Source: Pseudomonadota bacterium (GTDB lineage: Bacteria; Pseudomonadota; Gammaproteobacteria; Chromatiales; Chromatiaceae). Taken from it: a stretch of DNA of 36,654 bases. Positions 10,822 to 18,514 of the stretch are shown one piece after another. Numbering within the stretch: position 1 is the stretch's first letter; each line of letters opens with the position of its first letter. The translations under genes and the position numbers were made by a program. The notes below the pieces were generated by a model that made no database searches, was not told where the DNA came from, and was given only the letters and a program-made list of their open reading frames with translations. Location: positions 1 to 36,654 of the forward strand of contig JAYELV010000212.1 of assembly GCA_034717755.1 (NCBI GenBank), read 5' to 3'.

Positions 10822-11412
10822 ATGCCGATAGAAAAACCAACCCTGGTGCTGGCCTCCACCTCACCATTCCGCCGTGAACTGCTGAACAAACTGGGGCTTC
10901 CCTTTGAAACAGCTGCGCCTGATATTGATGAATCCCCACTGCCTGATGAAGAGCCGGAATCACTGGTAAAGCGGCTTTCGCTTGAGAAAGCAGAGGCGGT
11001 GGCGGCTGATTATCCACAGGCGCTGATCATCGGCTCCGACCAGGTCGCCTGTGTTGATAACCAGGTTCTTGGAAAACCGGGGTCGCATCAAAAGGCGATG
11101 CAGCAACTCAAGTTGACATCAGGAAAAACCGTCACATTTATGACCGGCCTGACTCTCTATGACAGCGCCAGCGGTAACAGCAAAACCCTGTGCGAACCTT
11201 TCTATGCACACCTGAGGGAGCTGACAGAGAGGCAGATCGACAACTATTTGCAGCGCGAACAACCCTACAACTGTGCAGGATCCTTCAAATCCGAATCCCT
11301 TGGCATTGCCCTGTTTGCACGTCTCGAGGGCGAAGACCCGAACGCGCTCGTCGGCCTGCCGCTGATCCGCCTGATCGACATGCTGCAGCAGTTCGGCGTG
11401 GATGTGCTGTGA
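10822..11412 (+). CDS. maf: Maf-family nucleoside triphosphate pyrophosphatase (YceF-like)
   Basis: N-terminal LVLASTSPFRRELL motif and C-terminal GLPLIRL. I chose the ATG at 10822 rather than the GTG at 10807. Confidence 0.85.
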   Translation: MPIEKPTLVLASTSPFRRELLNKLGLPFETAAPDIDESPLPDEEPESLVKRLSLEKAEAVAADYPQALIIGSDQVACVDNQVLGKPGSHQKAMQQLKLTSGKTVTFMTGLTLYDSASGNSKTLCEPFYAHLRELTERQIDNYLQREQPYNCAGSFKSESLGIALFARLEGEDPNALVGLPLIRLIDMLQQFGVDVL

Positions 11413-12170
11413 TGAAAAATGACACCAACAACCCCGTCATCGGCTTCAACTATCTGCTGCGCGGCTTTGGCCTGCTGAATAAACCCGGTCTGAGGCCATT
11501 TGTGGTGATTCCACTGTTGGTCAACATCCTCATATTTTCACTCATGCTGTGGCTTGGTATCGATCAGTTTGAAGCCCTGATGGATCACTACGTTCCGCAG
11601 GAGGGCTGGCTCTCCTGGTTTCGCTGGTTGCTATGGCCGTTATTTGCCATCGCCTTCCTGCTGATCCTCTTCTTTGGCTTCACACTGCTGGCCAACCTGA
11701 TCGGCGCACCCTTCAACGATCTGCTGGCGGAACGTGTCGAAATACATCTGACCGGTGACAAGCCTGAACAAACATTGACCCTGATGAAGTCCATCGCTCC
11801 GGCGATCGGCTCTGAAGTGGTGAAAATCACCTATTTCCTGACACGCGGACTGCCGCTGCTGCTGCTTTTTCTCATTCCGGGCGTCAACATCATTGCGCCT
11901 TTTGTATGGGGCGCCTTCGCTGTCTGGATGCTGGCCAATGAGTATGCCGAATATCCGCTGGGCAACAACGAAATCTTTTTCAAACAGCAGCGGCAGTTCC
12001 TCAAAAAGCGCCGCTTCACGTCGATGGGATTCGGCGGCGGCGTCATGCTGATGATGATGATCCCGGTCGTCAACTTCATGATCATGCCCGCAGCCGTCGC
12101 CGGCGCAACACTGTGGTGGGTTGAACGCCTGAAGCCAGCACTCTCAGCCGAGCGTCTACCTAAAACCTAA
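11412..12170 (+). CDS. cysZ: Sulfate transporter CysZ
   Basis: It aligns by eye along its whole length with E. coli CysZ (PGLRPFVVIPLLVNIL, IGAPFNDLLAERVE, MPAAVAGATLWWV). The ATG at 11412 overlaps the maf TGA by 1 nt. The 74-codon 5' extension in the track overlaps maf and is spurious. Confidence 0.88.
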   Translation: MKNDTNNPVIGFNYLLRGFGLLNKPGLRPFVVIPLLVNILIFSLMLWLGIDQFEALMDHYVPQEGWLSWFRWLLWPLFAIAFLLILFFGFTLLANLIGAPFNDLLAERVEIHLTGDKPEQTLTLMKSIAPAIGSEVVKITYFLTRGLPLLLLFLIPGVNIIAPFVWGAFAVWMLANEYAEYPLGNNEIFFKQQRQFLKKRRFTSMGFGGGVMLMMMIPVVNFMIMPAAVAGATLWWVERLKPALSAERLPKT

Positions 12171-12179
12171 AGCCTAAAA
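12159..12179. repeat. Heptamer tandem array (CCTAAAA x3)
   Basis: Sequence is cctaaaa cctaaag cctaaaa. It supplies both the cysZ TAA stop (12168-12170) and the TAG stop of the convergent VOC gene (12174-12176, minus strand). Confidence 0.8.
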
Positions 12180-12551
12180 CCCACCCGCAATCAACTCGAT
12201 TGCATTGCCATCCGGATCACGGCAGAAAAGCGCCTCCCGCCCGGAACGGCTCATAGTGTATTCAATGCCGGCCTCATCCAGGCGCTGCCGAAACCTCTTC
12301 AAATCCTGAACGGAAAAAGCCGTATGGCGGTCCCGACCACCATGCTGAGGCCTGTTCTCGGTCGAATCAGGATTGGGAAGTTCAAGCAGATGAATCTGCT
12401 GCCCCCCCACTTTCAACCATGCGCCCGGGAAATCGAGAGCGGGACGTTCTACTCTCTCCAACTCCAGAATCCCACAATAGAATTCGAGTGATTTATCCGT
12501 ATCGGAGACAATCAGACTGACGTGATGCAGAGTTGTCGTACTCGATCTCAT
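12174..12551 (-). CDS. VOC (glyoxalase/bleomycin resistance/dioxygenase) family protein
   Basis: LHHVSLIVSD...FYCGILELE is a typical VOC N-terminus. The start was trimmed to the ATG at 12549-12551, because the upstream extension lies in repeat DNA. Confidence 0.75.
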   Translation of the reverse strand: MRSSTTTLHHVSLIVSDTDKSLEFYCGILELERVERPALDFPGAWLKVGGQQIHLLELPNPDSTENRPQHGGRDRHTAFSVQDLKRFRQRLDEAGIEYTMSRSGREALFCRDPDGNAIELIAGGF

Positions 12552-12785
12552 AAAATGTACCTTTTTTGAATGGCGAGGAGGCTGTCCGAGAATAGAAGAC
12601 CTACTGCGGAAACGCCCTTTTGGCCAGATTTTCCGTCCATTATCGTTAAATAGCGCTGCTATTCGCCTCAAATGCACGAAAAATCTGACTCAAAATGGCA
12701 TTCCCTCGCTACGGCCCCTATTCTCGGGCAACCTCCTAGTACAGGAGTGCATAAATATCTATCATCAGAAATACTCGAAAAACCT

Positions 12786-12819
12786 CGTCATTCCGGCAGT
12801 CTTTTAGCCGGAATCCACG
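12786..12819. repeat. REP-like hairpin (cgtcATTCCGGC-9 nt-GCCGGAATccacg)
   Basis: Perfect 8-bp stem (12790-12797 with 12807-12814). It abuts the left target duplication of the adjacent MITE. Confidence 0.6.
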
Positions 12820-12827
12820 TGTGTTAG

Positions 12828-12984
12828 GTAACTTCTCAATAACTCCGTGTGAATACCGTCATTGCGAGGGAGCCTAAGCGACCGCGGCAATCTCCAAGCC
12901 AGATTGCCGCGTCGCCTCCGGCTCCTCGCAATGACATTTGTTTTAACAAAATGTATTCAATGCACGAGGTTATTGAGATGTTAC
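12828..12984. mobile_element. 157-bp MITE with an 8-bp target-site duplication
   Basis: The termini are gtaacttctcaataactccgtg and cacgaggttattgagatgttac (inverted). Identical TGTGTTAG flanks both ends (12820-12827 and 12985-12992). The internal palindromic core gtcattgcgaggg...cctcgcaatgac is at 12858-12935. Confidence 0.8.
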
Positions 12985-13070
12985 TGTGTTAGCGTGTAAG
13001 TGATTGATTGATGTACGCATGATTGACGGGTCTGATAAAATACGCTTCTTTTTATTCAGCAGATATCAAA

Positions 13071-14273
13071 ATGAATCCTGGTATTGGCAGCCTCCATCCC
13101 TATCCTTTTGAAAAGCTGGCTGCGCTGATGGCTGGCGCCGAACCGCCTGCTGCATTGTCGCATATTGCCCTCTCGATCGGCGAACCTAAACATCCGACAC
13201 CGGCTTTTATCACCGAAGAGGTGATGACCCATCTGCACCAGTTATGCGTCTATCCGGCAACACGCGGCATGCTGCAGCTGCGCCAGAGTATTGCTGACTG
13301 GCTGTGCAAACGATTCCAGCTGGATGCTGATTCACTCGACCCTGAAGCCCATATCCTGCCGCTCAATGGCACCAGGGAGGGGCTGTTTGCTTTTGCCCAG
13401 GCAATCGTCGATGCGGGTGAAAATTCCCTGGTGCTGATGCCGAACCCCTTCTACCAGATCTATGAGGGTGCAGCGCTGCTTGCCGGAGCCGAACCACACT
13501 ATCTGAACTGCGATGAGAGCCATGCCCTGATTCCTGATTTTGATGCCATCGACACACACAGGTGGCAACAATGCCGCATTCTCTATCTGTGCTCTCCTGG
13601 CAATCCCAGTGGAGCCGTCATCGACATAGCCACCCTGCAGCATCTGATCAGACTCTCCCATGAACATGACTTCATCATTGCATCGGATGAGTGCTATTCA
13701 GAGATCTATTTCGATGAAGAGCACCCCCCTGCAGGCCTGCTCGAGGCTGCCGCGCAGATGGGCGAAACCTCTTATCGCAATTGCGTGGTTTTTCACAGCC
13801 TCTCCAAGCGCTCCAATGCGCCGGGGCTTCGATCCGGTTTCATCGCAGGTGACAGCGCCATCATCGAGACATTTTTCCGCTATCGCACCTATCATGGCTG
13901 CGCCATGCCGCTGCATCACCAGGCTGCCAGCATCAGGGCATGGAGCGACGAACAGCACGTCATCGACAACCGCCGTCTCTACACTGAAAAATTTAACGCC
14001 GTATTGTCTATTCTCGATGGTGTGCTGGATGTTGCACGACCGGATGCAGGTTTCTACCTGTGGGCAAAAACGCCGCCTGCATTCGACGACACCAGTTTTG
14101 CACGCGAGCTGTATGCCTGCCACAACCTGACAGTATTGCCAGGCAGCTACCTGTCGCGCACAACTGACGCCGGTAATCCCGGCGCCAACAGGATTCGCAT
14201 GGCGCTGGTTGCGCCGCTGGAAGATTGTATCGAAGCCGCACAGCGCATCAAAACCTGTGTAGAATCCGCATGA
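13071..14273 (+). CDS. dapC: Succinyldiaminopimelate transaminase (DapC type, class I/II aminotransferase)
   Basis: N-terminus MNPGIGSLHPYPFEKLAALM is typical of DapC. The PLP-lysine motif is SLSKRSNAPGLRSG. It is adjacent to dapD. The start was trimmed from 13023. Confidence 0.82.
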   Translation: MNPGIGSLHPYPFEKLAALMAGAEPPAALSHIALSIGEPKHPTPAFITEEVMTHLHQLCVYPATRGMLQLRQSIADWLCKRFQLDADSLDPEAHILPLNGTREGLFAFAQAIVDAGENSLVLMPNPFYQIYEGAALLAGAEPHYLNCDESHALIPDFDAIDTHRWQQCRILYLCSPGNPSGAVIDIATLQHLIRLSHEHDFIIASDECYSEIYFDEEHPPAGLLEAAAQMGETSYRNCVVFHSLSKRSNAPGLRSGFIAGDSAIIETFFRYRTYHGCAMPLHHQAASIRAWSDEQHVIDNRRLYTEKFNAVLSILDGVLDVARPDAGFYLWAKTPPAFDDTSFARELYACHNLTVLPGSYLSRTTDAGNPGANRIRMALVAPLEDCIEAAQRIKTCVESA

Positions 14274-14287
14274 CAAATTATCCAGAT

Positions 14288-14414
14288 GTAACTACTCAAT
14301 AATCCCGCGCAAATACCGTCATTGCGAGGGAGCCTAAGCGACTGCGGCAATCTCCTCGCAATGACAGCTGTTTTAACAAAATGTATTCAACGCACAGGAT
14401 AATTGACAAGTCAC
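14288..14414. mobile_element. MITE copy (shorter core, diverged right end)
   Basis: The left end is gtaactactcaataa. The core gtcattgcgagggagcctaagcgactgcggcaatctcctcgcaatgac is at 14318-14365. The internal segment tgttttaacaaaatgtattcaa is shared with 12941-12962. The right end is taattgacaagtcac. The flanks ATCCAGAT and ACCCACAT match at 6 of 8 positions. Confidence 0.65.
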
Positions 14415-14465
14415 ACCCACATAGCATACACAACAAATCATTTAATTTATTTTGGAGCATACCCA

Positions 14466-15287
14466 ATGAGTGACATTGAATCCATTATCGTCGATGCCTT
14501 TGAACGCCGCGCCGATATCACCCCGCGCAATGTAGATACACAGGCTAAAGATGCCGTCATGAGCGCCATCGAACAGCTTGATCGCGGTGAAATCCGCGTC
14601 GCCGAGAAAAAAGATGGCGACTGGATCGTCAATGAATGGATAAAGAAGGCGGTGCTGCTCTATTTCCGCATGGAAGACAATGAGTTCCTGAAGGGTGGAT
14701 TCACCAACTATTTTGACAAGGTTCCATCCAAATACGCCGACTACAACTCCCGGGATTTCCGCGAAGGCGGAGTGCGTGTCGTTCCTCCGGCCGCCGCGCG
14801 CAAAGGCTCCTTCATCGCACCCTCCTGTGTACTGATGCCCTCCTATGTCAACATCGGCGCCTATGTCGATAGCGGAACCATGGTGGACACCTGGGCCACT
14901 GTCGGCTCCTGCGCCCAGATTGGAAAAAATGTGCATCTCTCCGGCGGCGTCGGCATCGGCGGCGTACTCGAACCACTGCAGGCTGCGCCCACCATCATCG
15001 AGGACAACTGCTTCATCGGCGCACGTTCGGAAGTCGTTGAGGGGGTTATCGTTGAAGAGGGCTCCGTCATCTCCATGGGCGTCTTCATCGGCCAGAGCAC
15101 CAAGATCTATGACCGCGCCAGCGGCGAAGTGCACTTTGGGCGTGTCCCGGCAGGCTCGGTCGTTGTTTCGGGCAACCTGCCGTCAAAAGACGGCACATAC
15201 AGCCTCTACTGTGCGGTAATCGTCAAGACCGTGGATGAAAAGACCCGCGGCAAGGTCGGCATCAACGAACTACTGAGAGACATTTAA
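14466..15287 (+). CDS. dapD: 2,3,4,5-tetrahydropyridine-2,6-dicarboxylate N-succinyltransferase
   Basis: 273 aa with left-handed beta-helix hexapeptide repeats and a conserved [16 protein letters not shown]-terminus. GGAG sits 11 nt upstream of the ATG at 14466. Confidence 0.92.
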   Translation: MSDIESIIVDAFERRADITPRNVDTQAKDAVMSAIEQLDRGEIRVAEKKDGDWIVNEWIKKAVLLYFRMEDNEFLKGGFTNYFDKVPSKYADYNSRDFREGGVRVVPPAAARKGSFIAPSCVLMPSYVNIGAYVDSGTMVDTWATVGSCAQIGKNVHLSGGVGIGGVLEPLQAAPTIIEDNCFIGARSEVVEGVIVEEGSVISMGVFIGQSTKIYDRASGEVHFGRVPAGSVVVSGNLPSKDGTYSLYCAVIVKTVDEKTRGKVGINELLRDI

Positions 15288-15315
15288 TGAAACAAGTCTT
15301 AAACTAACGAGAAAT

Positions 15316-15386
15316 GTAGGGTGCAATAAGCGGAGCGCATTGCACCTTTCCATGCGGCGCAATGCCCTGCGGTTATTGCGCCCTAC
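15316..15386. repeat. BIME-like inverted pair of GTAG-type REP hairpins
   Basis: The first unit is GTAGggtgcaat-aagcggagcgc-attgcacc (15316-15346). The second, inverted unit is ggcgcaat-gccctgcggtt-attgcgcccTAC (15354-15386). Confidence 0.75.
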
Positions 15387-15457
15387 ACGCTGCATGGAAT
15401 TTTCTTTATTGTTTTGTACAAGATTTACAGAGTAAGAGACTACGGAGCACTACATCC

Positions 15458-15808
15458 ATGATCAAACTCTACGGCATCCCCAACTGCGATACCATCAAAA
15501 AAGCCCGCCGCTGGCTGATGGATCATGAGATCGAATACCAGTTTCACGACTACAAAAAGTCAGGCATCGACGCACAAAAGCTCAACGCCTGGATCGATGT
15601 TGTGGGCTGGGAAGTGCTGCTCAACAGGCGCGGCATGATGTGGCGCAAAACACCGCAGGAGATACGCGACGCCATCGATCAGCACAGCGCCATTCAACTG
15701 ATGCTGGAGACGCCATCCATCATCAAGCGTCCCGTGCTCGAGATGAATTCCAGCATCACTGTCGGTTTTTCCGATGAGCGCTATCAGCAGCTGTTTGAGA
15801 TATCATGA
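15458..15808 (+). CDS. yffB: ArsC/Spx-family protein YffB
   Basis: It aligns by eye with E. coli YffB ([35 protein letters not shown]). The start was trimmed to the ATG at 15458. Confidence 0.85.
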   Translation: MIKLYGIPNCDTIKKARRWLMDHEIEYQFHDYKKSGIDAQKLNAWIDVVGWEVLLNRRGMMWRKTPQEIRDAIDQHSAIQLMLETPSIIKRPVLEMNSSITVGFSDERYQQLFEIS

Positions 15809-16941
15809 CCATGTCATCAACCCTTGATCTTGCCATTGACCTCATCAGCCGCCCCTCTGTCACTCCGGATGATGCCGGCTGCCAGCAACTCATGATCGAA
15901 CGCCTGCAGGCGATTGGCTTCAGCATCGAATCGATGCGATTTGGCGAGGTCGACAACTTCTGGGCCAGGCGCGGCAGTGAAGAGCCTGTGTTTGCCTTTG
16001 CCGGCCACACCGATGTCGTCCCTACAGGTGAACCGCAATCATGGAGTGTGCCGCCTTTTGAACCGCAGATTCAACACGGCATGCTCTATGGACGCGGTGC
16101 GGCGGATATGAAAGGGAGTCTCGCCGCCATGGTGACAGCCTGTGAAGCCTTTGTTGCGGATCACCCTGATCACAGCGGCTCGATCGCCTTCCTCATCACC
16201 AGCGATGAAGAGGGGCCGGCAACGGAGGGAACCGTCAAGGTCATCGAAACACTCGAGTCGCGTGGTGAAAAGATCAAGTGGTGCCTGGTGGGCGAACCAT
16301 CCTCGGCAACCCGCCTTGGCGATGTCATCAAGAACGGACGGCGCGGATCACACAATGCCAGGTTGCTGATTCTCGGCAAACAGGGGCATGTCGCCTACCC
16401 GCACCTGGCCAGCAACCCGATCCACCTGGCTGCCCCTGTGCTGACTGAACTGACGACTGTCGAGTGGGACCGGGGGAACGATCACTTTCCGCCCACTACA
16501 TTTCAGATCTCCAACATCAATGGCGGTACAGGCGCCACCAATGTCATTCCGGGAGGTGTCGAACTGCTGATCAATTTCCGCTACTCGACAGAGACCACGC
16601 ATGAGCGCATCGAGCAACGGGTCGCAGAGATCCTTGATCGCCACGGAGTCAACTATGAGATCGAGTGGACACTCTCGGGAAAACCATTTTTGACTGCAGC
16701 GGGAGAACTGGTCGAGGCTGCACAAACAGCGATTCTTGAGATTGCCGGATACGACAGCGAACTCTCCACCTCCGGCGGCACCTCCGACGGACGCTTTATT
16801 GCCCCTACCGGCGCCCAGGTACTGGAACTCGGCCCCCTGAACAAAACCATTCACCAGGTCGATGAATGCGTTGCCGTTGAAGATCTGGATCTGTTGAGCA
16901 GCATCTATCAGCGCATGCTCGAAGAGTTGCTGACTACCTGA
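15805..16941 (+). CDS. dapE: Succinyl-diaminopimelate desuccinylase
   Basis: M20 peptidase with motifs FAGHTDVVP and SDEEGPA. There is an ATGA start/stop overlap with yffB. Confidence 0.92.
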   Translation: MTMSSTLDLAIDLISRPSVTPDDAGCQQLMIERLQAIGFSIESMRFGEVDNFWARRGSEEPVFAFAGHTDVVPTGEPQSWSVPPFEPQIQHGMLYGRGAADMKGSLAAMVTACEAFVADHPDHSGSIAFLITSDEEGPATEGTVKVIETLESRGEKIKWCLVGEPSSATRLGDVIKNGRRGSHNARLLILGKQGHVAYPHLASNPIHLAAPVLTELTTVEWDRGNDHFPPTTFQISNINGGTGATNVIPGGVELLINFRYSTETTHERIEQRVAEILDRHGVNYEIEWTLSGKPFLTAAGELVEAAQTAILEIAGYDSELSTSGGTSDGRFIAPTGAQVLELGPLNKTIHQVDECVAVEDLDLLSSIYQRMLEELLTT

Positions 16942-16946
16942 TGATG

Positions 16947-16984
16947 ATCCCCTCTCCCCGGGGAGAGGGTTAGGGTGAGGGGTT
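16947..16984. repeat. GC-rich hairpin repeat (ggagaggg-ttagggtgagggg family); possible bidirectional terminator
   Basis: Sequence is atcccctctccccggggagagggttagggtgaggggtttt. It lies between convergent dapE and the HIT gene. The same unit occurs in opposite orientation at 23715-23753 and 24556-24594. Confidence 0.7.
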
Positions 16985-17335
16985 TTAAGGCCAGGGCGGC
17001 CACCCCATTCGCTTGCCACCGACAAGATGCAGGTGGATATGAAACACGGTTTGCCCGGCATCCGCATTGCAGTTCATCACTGCCCGGTAACCCCGATCTG
17101 CAAGGCCTTCGCCGGCTGCAATCTCCCTTGCAGCAATGTACATCTCGCCGATAACCGCTGAATTATCTGCATCGATCTCGTTGAGAGTTGCTATATGCCG
17201 GCGAGGGATCACCAGCACATGTGTCGGCGCCTGTGGATTCAGATCCCGAAAAGCCACCACAGCGTTACTCTCATAGAGAAATTCTGTATTGAAATCACCA
17301 TTTGCAATCTTGCAAAAGAGACACTCATCCGCCAT
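16985..17335 (-). CDS. HIT-family (histidine triad) nucleotide-binding protein
   Basis: 116 aa with an N-terminal CLFCKI and the triad FHIHLHLVGG. Confidence 0.88.
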   Translation of the reverse strand: MADECLFCKIANGDFNTEFLYESNAVVAFRDLNPQAPTHVLVIPRRHIATLNEIDADNSAVIGEMYIAAREIAAGEGLADRGYRAVMNCNADAGQTVFHIHLHLVGGKRMGWPPWP

Positions 17336-17347
17336 TTCAGTTACTCC

Positions 17348-17944
17348 TTAGTCAATTTCCCGGCGACCGGATATCGCATGCGAGAGGGTGCCGCCATCCA
17401 GATACTCCAGCTCGCCACCCAGTGGCACCCCGTGTGCAATACGCGTCGTACGCACGTTGTGACGCACTGCCAATTCACTGATGTAGTGAGCTGTCGCTTC
17501 ACCCTCGACCGTCGGATTTGTCGCCAGAATAACCTCGGCAACCTCCCCTTCAGCAAGTCGCTGCTGCAACTCCTGCATACCGATTTCGGAAGGACCCAGC
17601 CCGTCGAGCGGCGACAGGCGGCCATGCAGTACAAAGAAAAAACCGCAATAATCGGTTGACTGCTCGATCGCCTCAAGCTCCCCGGGAGTTTCAACCACGC
17701 ACAACAGTGTATTGTCACGCCGCTGGCTGCTGCAGATCGAGCAGGTTTGCAGCTCGGTGAGGGTGCGGCAGCGACTGCATCGGCCGATTTCCTGCATCGC
17801 CTGCTGCAATAGCTCAGCGAGGCATTTGCCACCGTCACGATCGCGTTCCAGAAGATAAAAAGCCATGCGCTGGGCGGATTTTGGCCCGACTCCGGGCAAA
17901 CAGCAGAGCGCATCGATGAGATTTTTCAGCAAGCCCTGCGCCAT
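17348..17944 (-). CDS. recR: Recombination protein RecR
   Basis: C4 zinc finger [16 protein letters not shown] and a Toprim domain. Its start overlaps the ybaB stop (TGATG). Confidence 0.93.
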   Translation of the reverse strand: MAQGLLKNLIDALCCLPGVGPKSAQRMAFYLLERDRDGGKCLAELLQQAMQEIGRCSRCRTLTELQTCSICSSQRRDNTLLCVVETPGELEAIEQSTDYCGFFFVLHGRLSPLDGLGPSEIGMQELQQRLAEGEVAEVILATNPTVEGEATAHYISELAVRHNVRTTRIAHGVPLGGELEYLDGGTLSHAISGRREID

Positions 17945-18270
17945 CAGAAGGGCAGCTTGAATCCCGGCGGCAAATTCAACCCTGAAGTCAGACCGGACAT
18001 ACTCTGCTCCGCCATCTCTGCAACACGATGCACAGCATCATTGAAAGCAGCAGCGACCAGATCTTCCAGCATATCCTTGTCATCACCAACAAGGGAATCA
18101 TCGATCTCTATGCGCCGCACCTCATGCTTGCCATTCATGGTCACCTTCACCATGCCGCCGCCTGATTCACCGCTCACCACTTCATTGGCAAGCTGCTGCT
18201 GCGCTTTCTGCATATCTTCCTGCATCTTCTGCGCCTGCTTCATCATGTTGCCGAGTCCGCCTTTTATCAT
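17944..18270 (-). CDS. ybaB: Nucleoid-associated protein YbaB/EbfC
   Basis: 108 aa with N-terminus [21 protein letters not shown]. It lies in dnaX-ybaB-recR synteny. Confidence 0.92.
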   Translation of the reverse strand: MIKGGLGNMMKQAQKMQEDMQKAQQQLANEVVSGESGGGMVKVTMNGKHEVRRIEIDDSLVGDDKDMLEDLVAAAFNDAVHRVAEMAEQSMSGLTSGLNLPPGFKLPF

Positions 18271-18328
18271 ACTAATTACCTTTACTCTCTGGATTAATCT
18301 GCTATTTCATCGTAGGGCGTCAATTAAG

Positions 18329-18484
18329 TCGTTGTCCAAAAATAACTTCCCGATCCTGCTTACCCTGTTGTCCGTCTTCTGCGTACCAGCAAGAGTTACA
18401 TAACGCTGCTATGCGCCCCTTGCTGCGCCTTGAAGACGAACAACATTGCTGCGCGATATCGGGAAGTTATTTATGGACAACTCC
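18329..18484. mobile_element. 156-bp palindromic MITE-like insertion inside a REP
   Basis: The 23-nt arms ttgtccaaaaataacttcccgat (18332-18354) and atcgggaagttatttatggacaa (18458-18480) match at 22 of 23 positions, and the inner arms also pair. TAAG flanks both sides (18325-18328 and 18485-18488). The outer flanks gtagggcgtcaat and agaaacgcattgcgcc reconstitute a GTAG-type REP. Confidence 0.6.
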
Positions 18485-18514
18485 TAAGAGAAACGCATTG
18501 CGCCGCATGTCAGC

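Noticed and set aside
11010-11018. Perfect DnaA box TTATCCACA
   Set aside because: It is a single isolated box inside the maf coding sequence, with no cluster or AT-rich unwinding element. It is not an origin.
11190-11411. 74-codon 5' extension of the cysZ ORF
   Set aside because: It overlaps maf in another frame. The conserved CysZ N-terminus starts at the ATG at 11412, which is coupled to the maf stop.
14442-15134. 230-aa minus-strand ORF
   Set aside because: It is antisense to dapD. The hexapeptide-repeat periodicity keeps the opposite frame open.
16348-17067. 239-aa minus-strand ORF spanning the dapE 3' end and the HIT gene
   Set aside because: It overlaps two well-supported genes and reads through the GC hairpin repeat, giving the PHPNPLPGERG peptide typical of a translated repeat.
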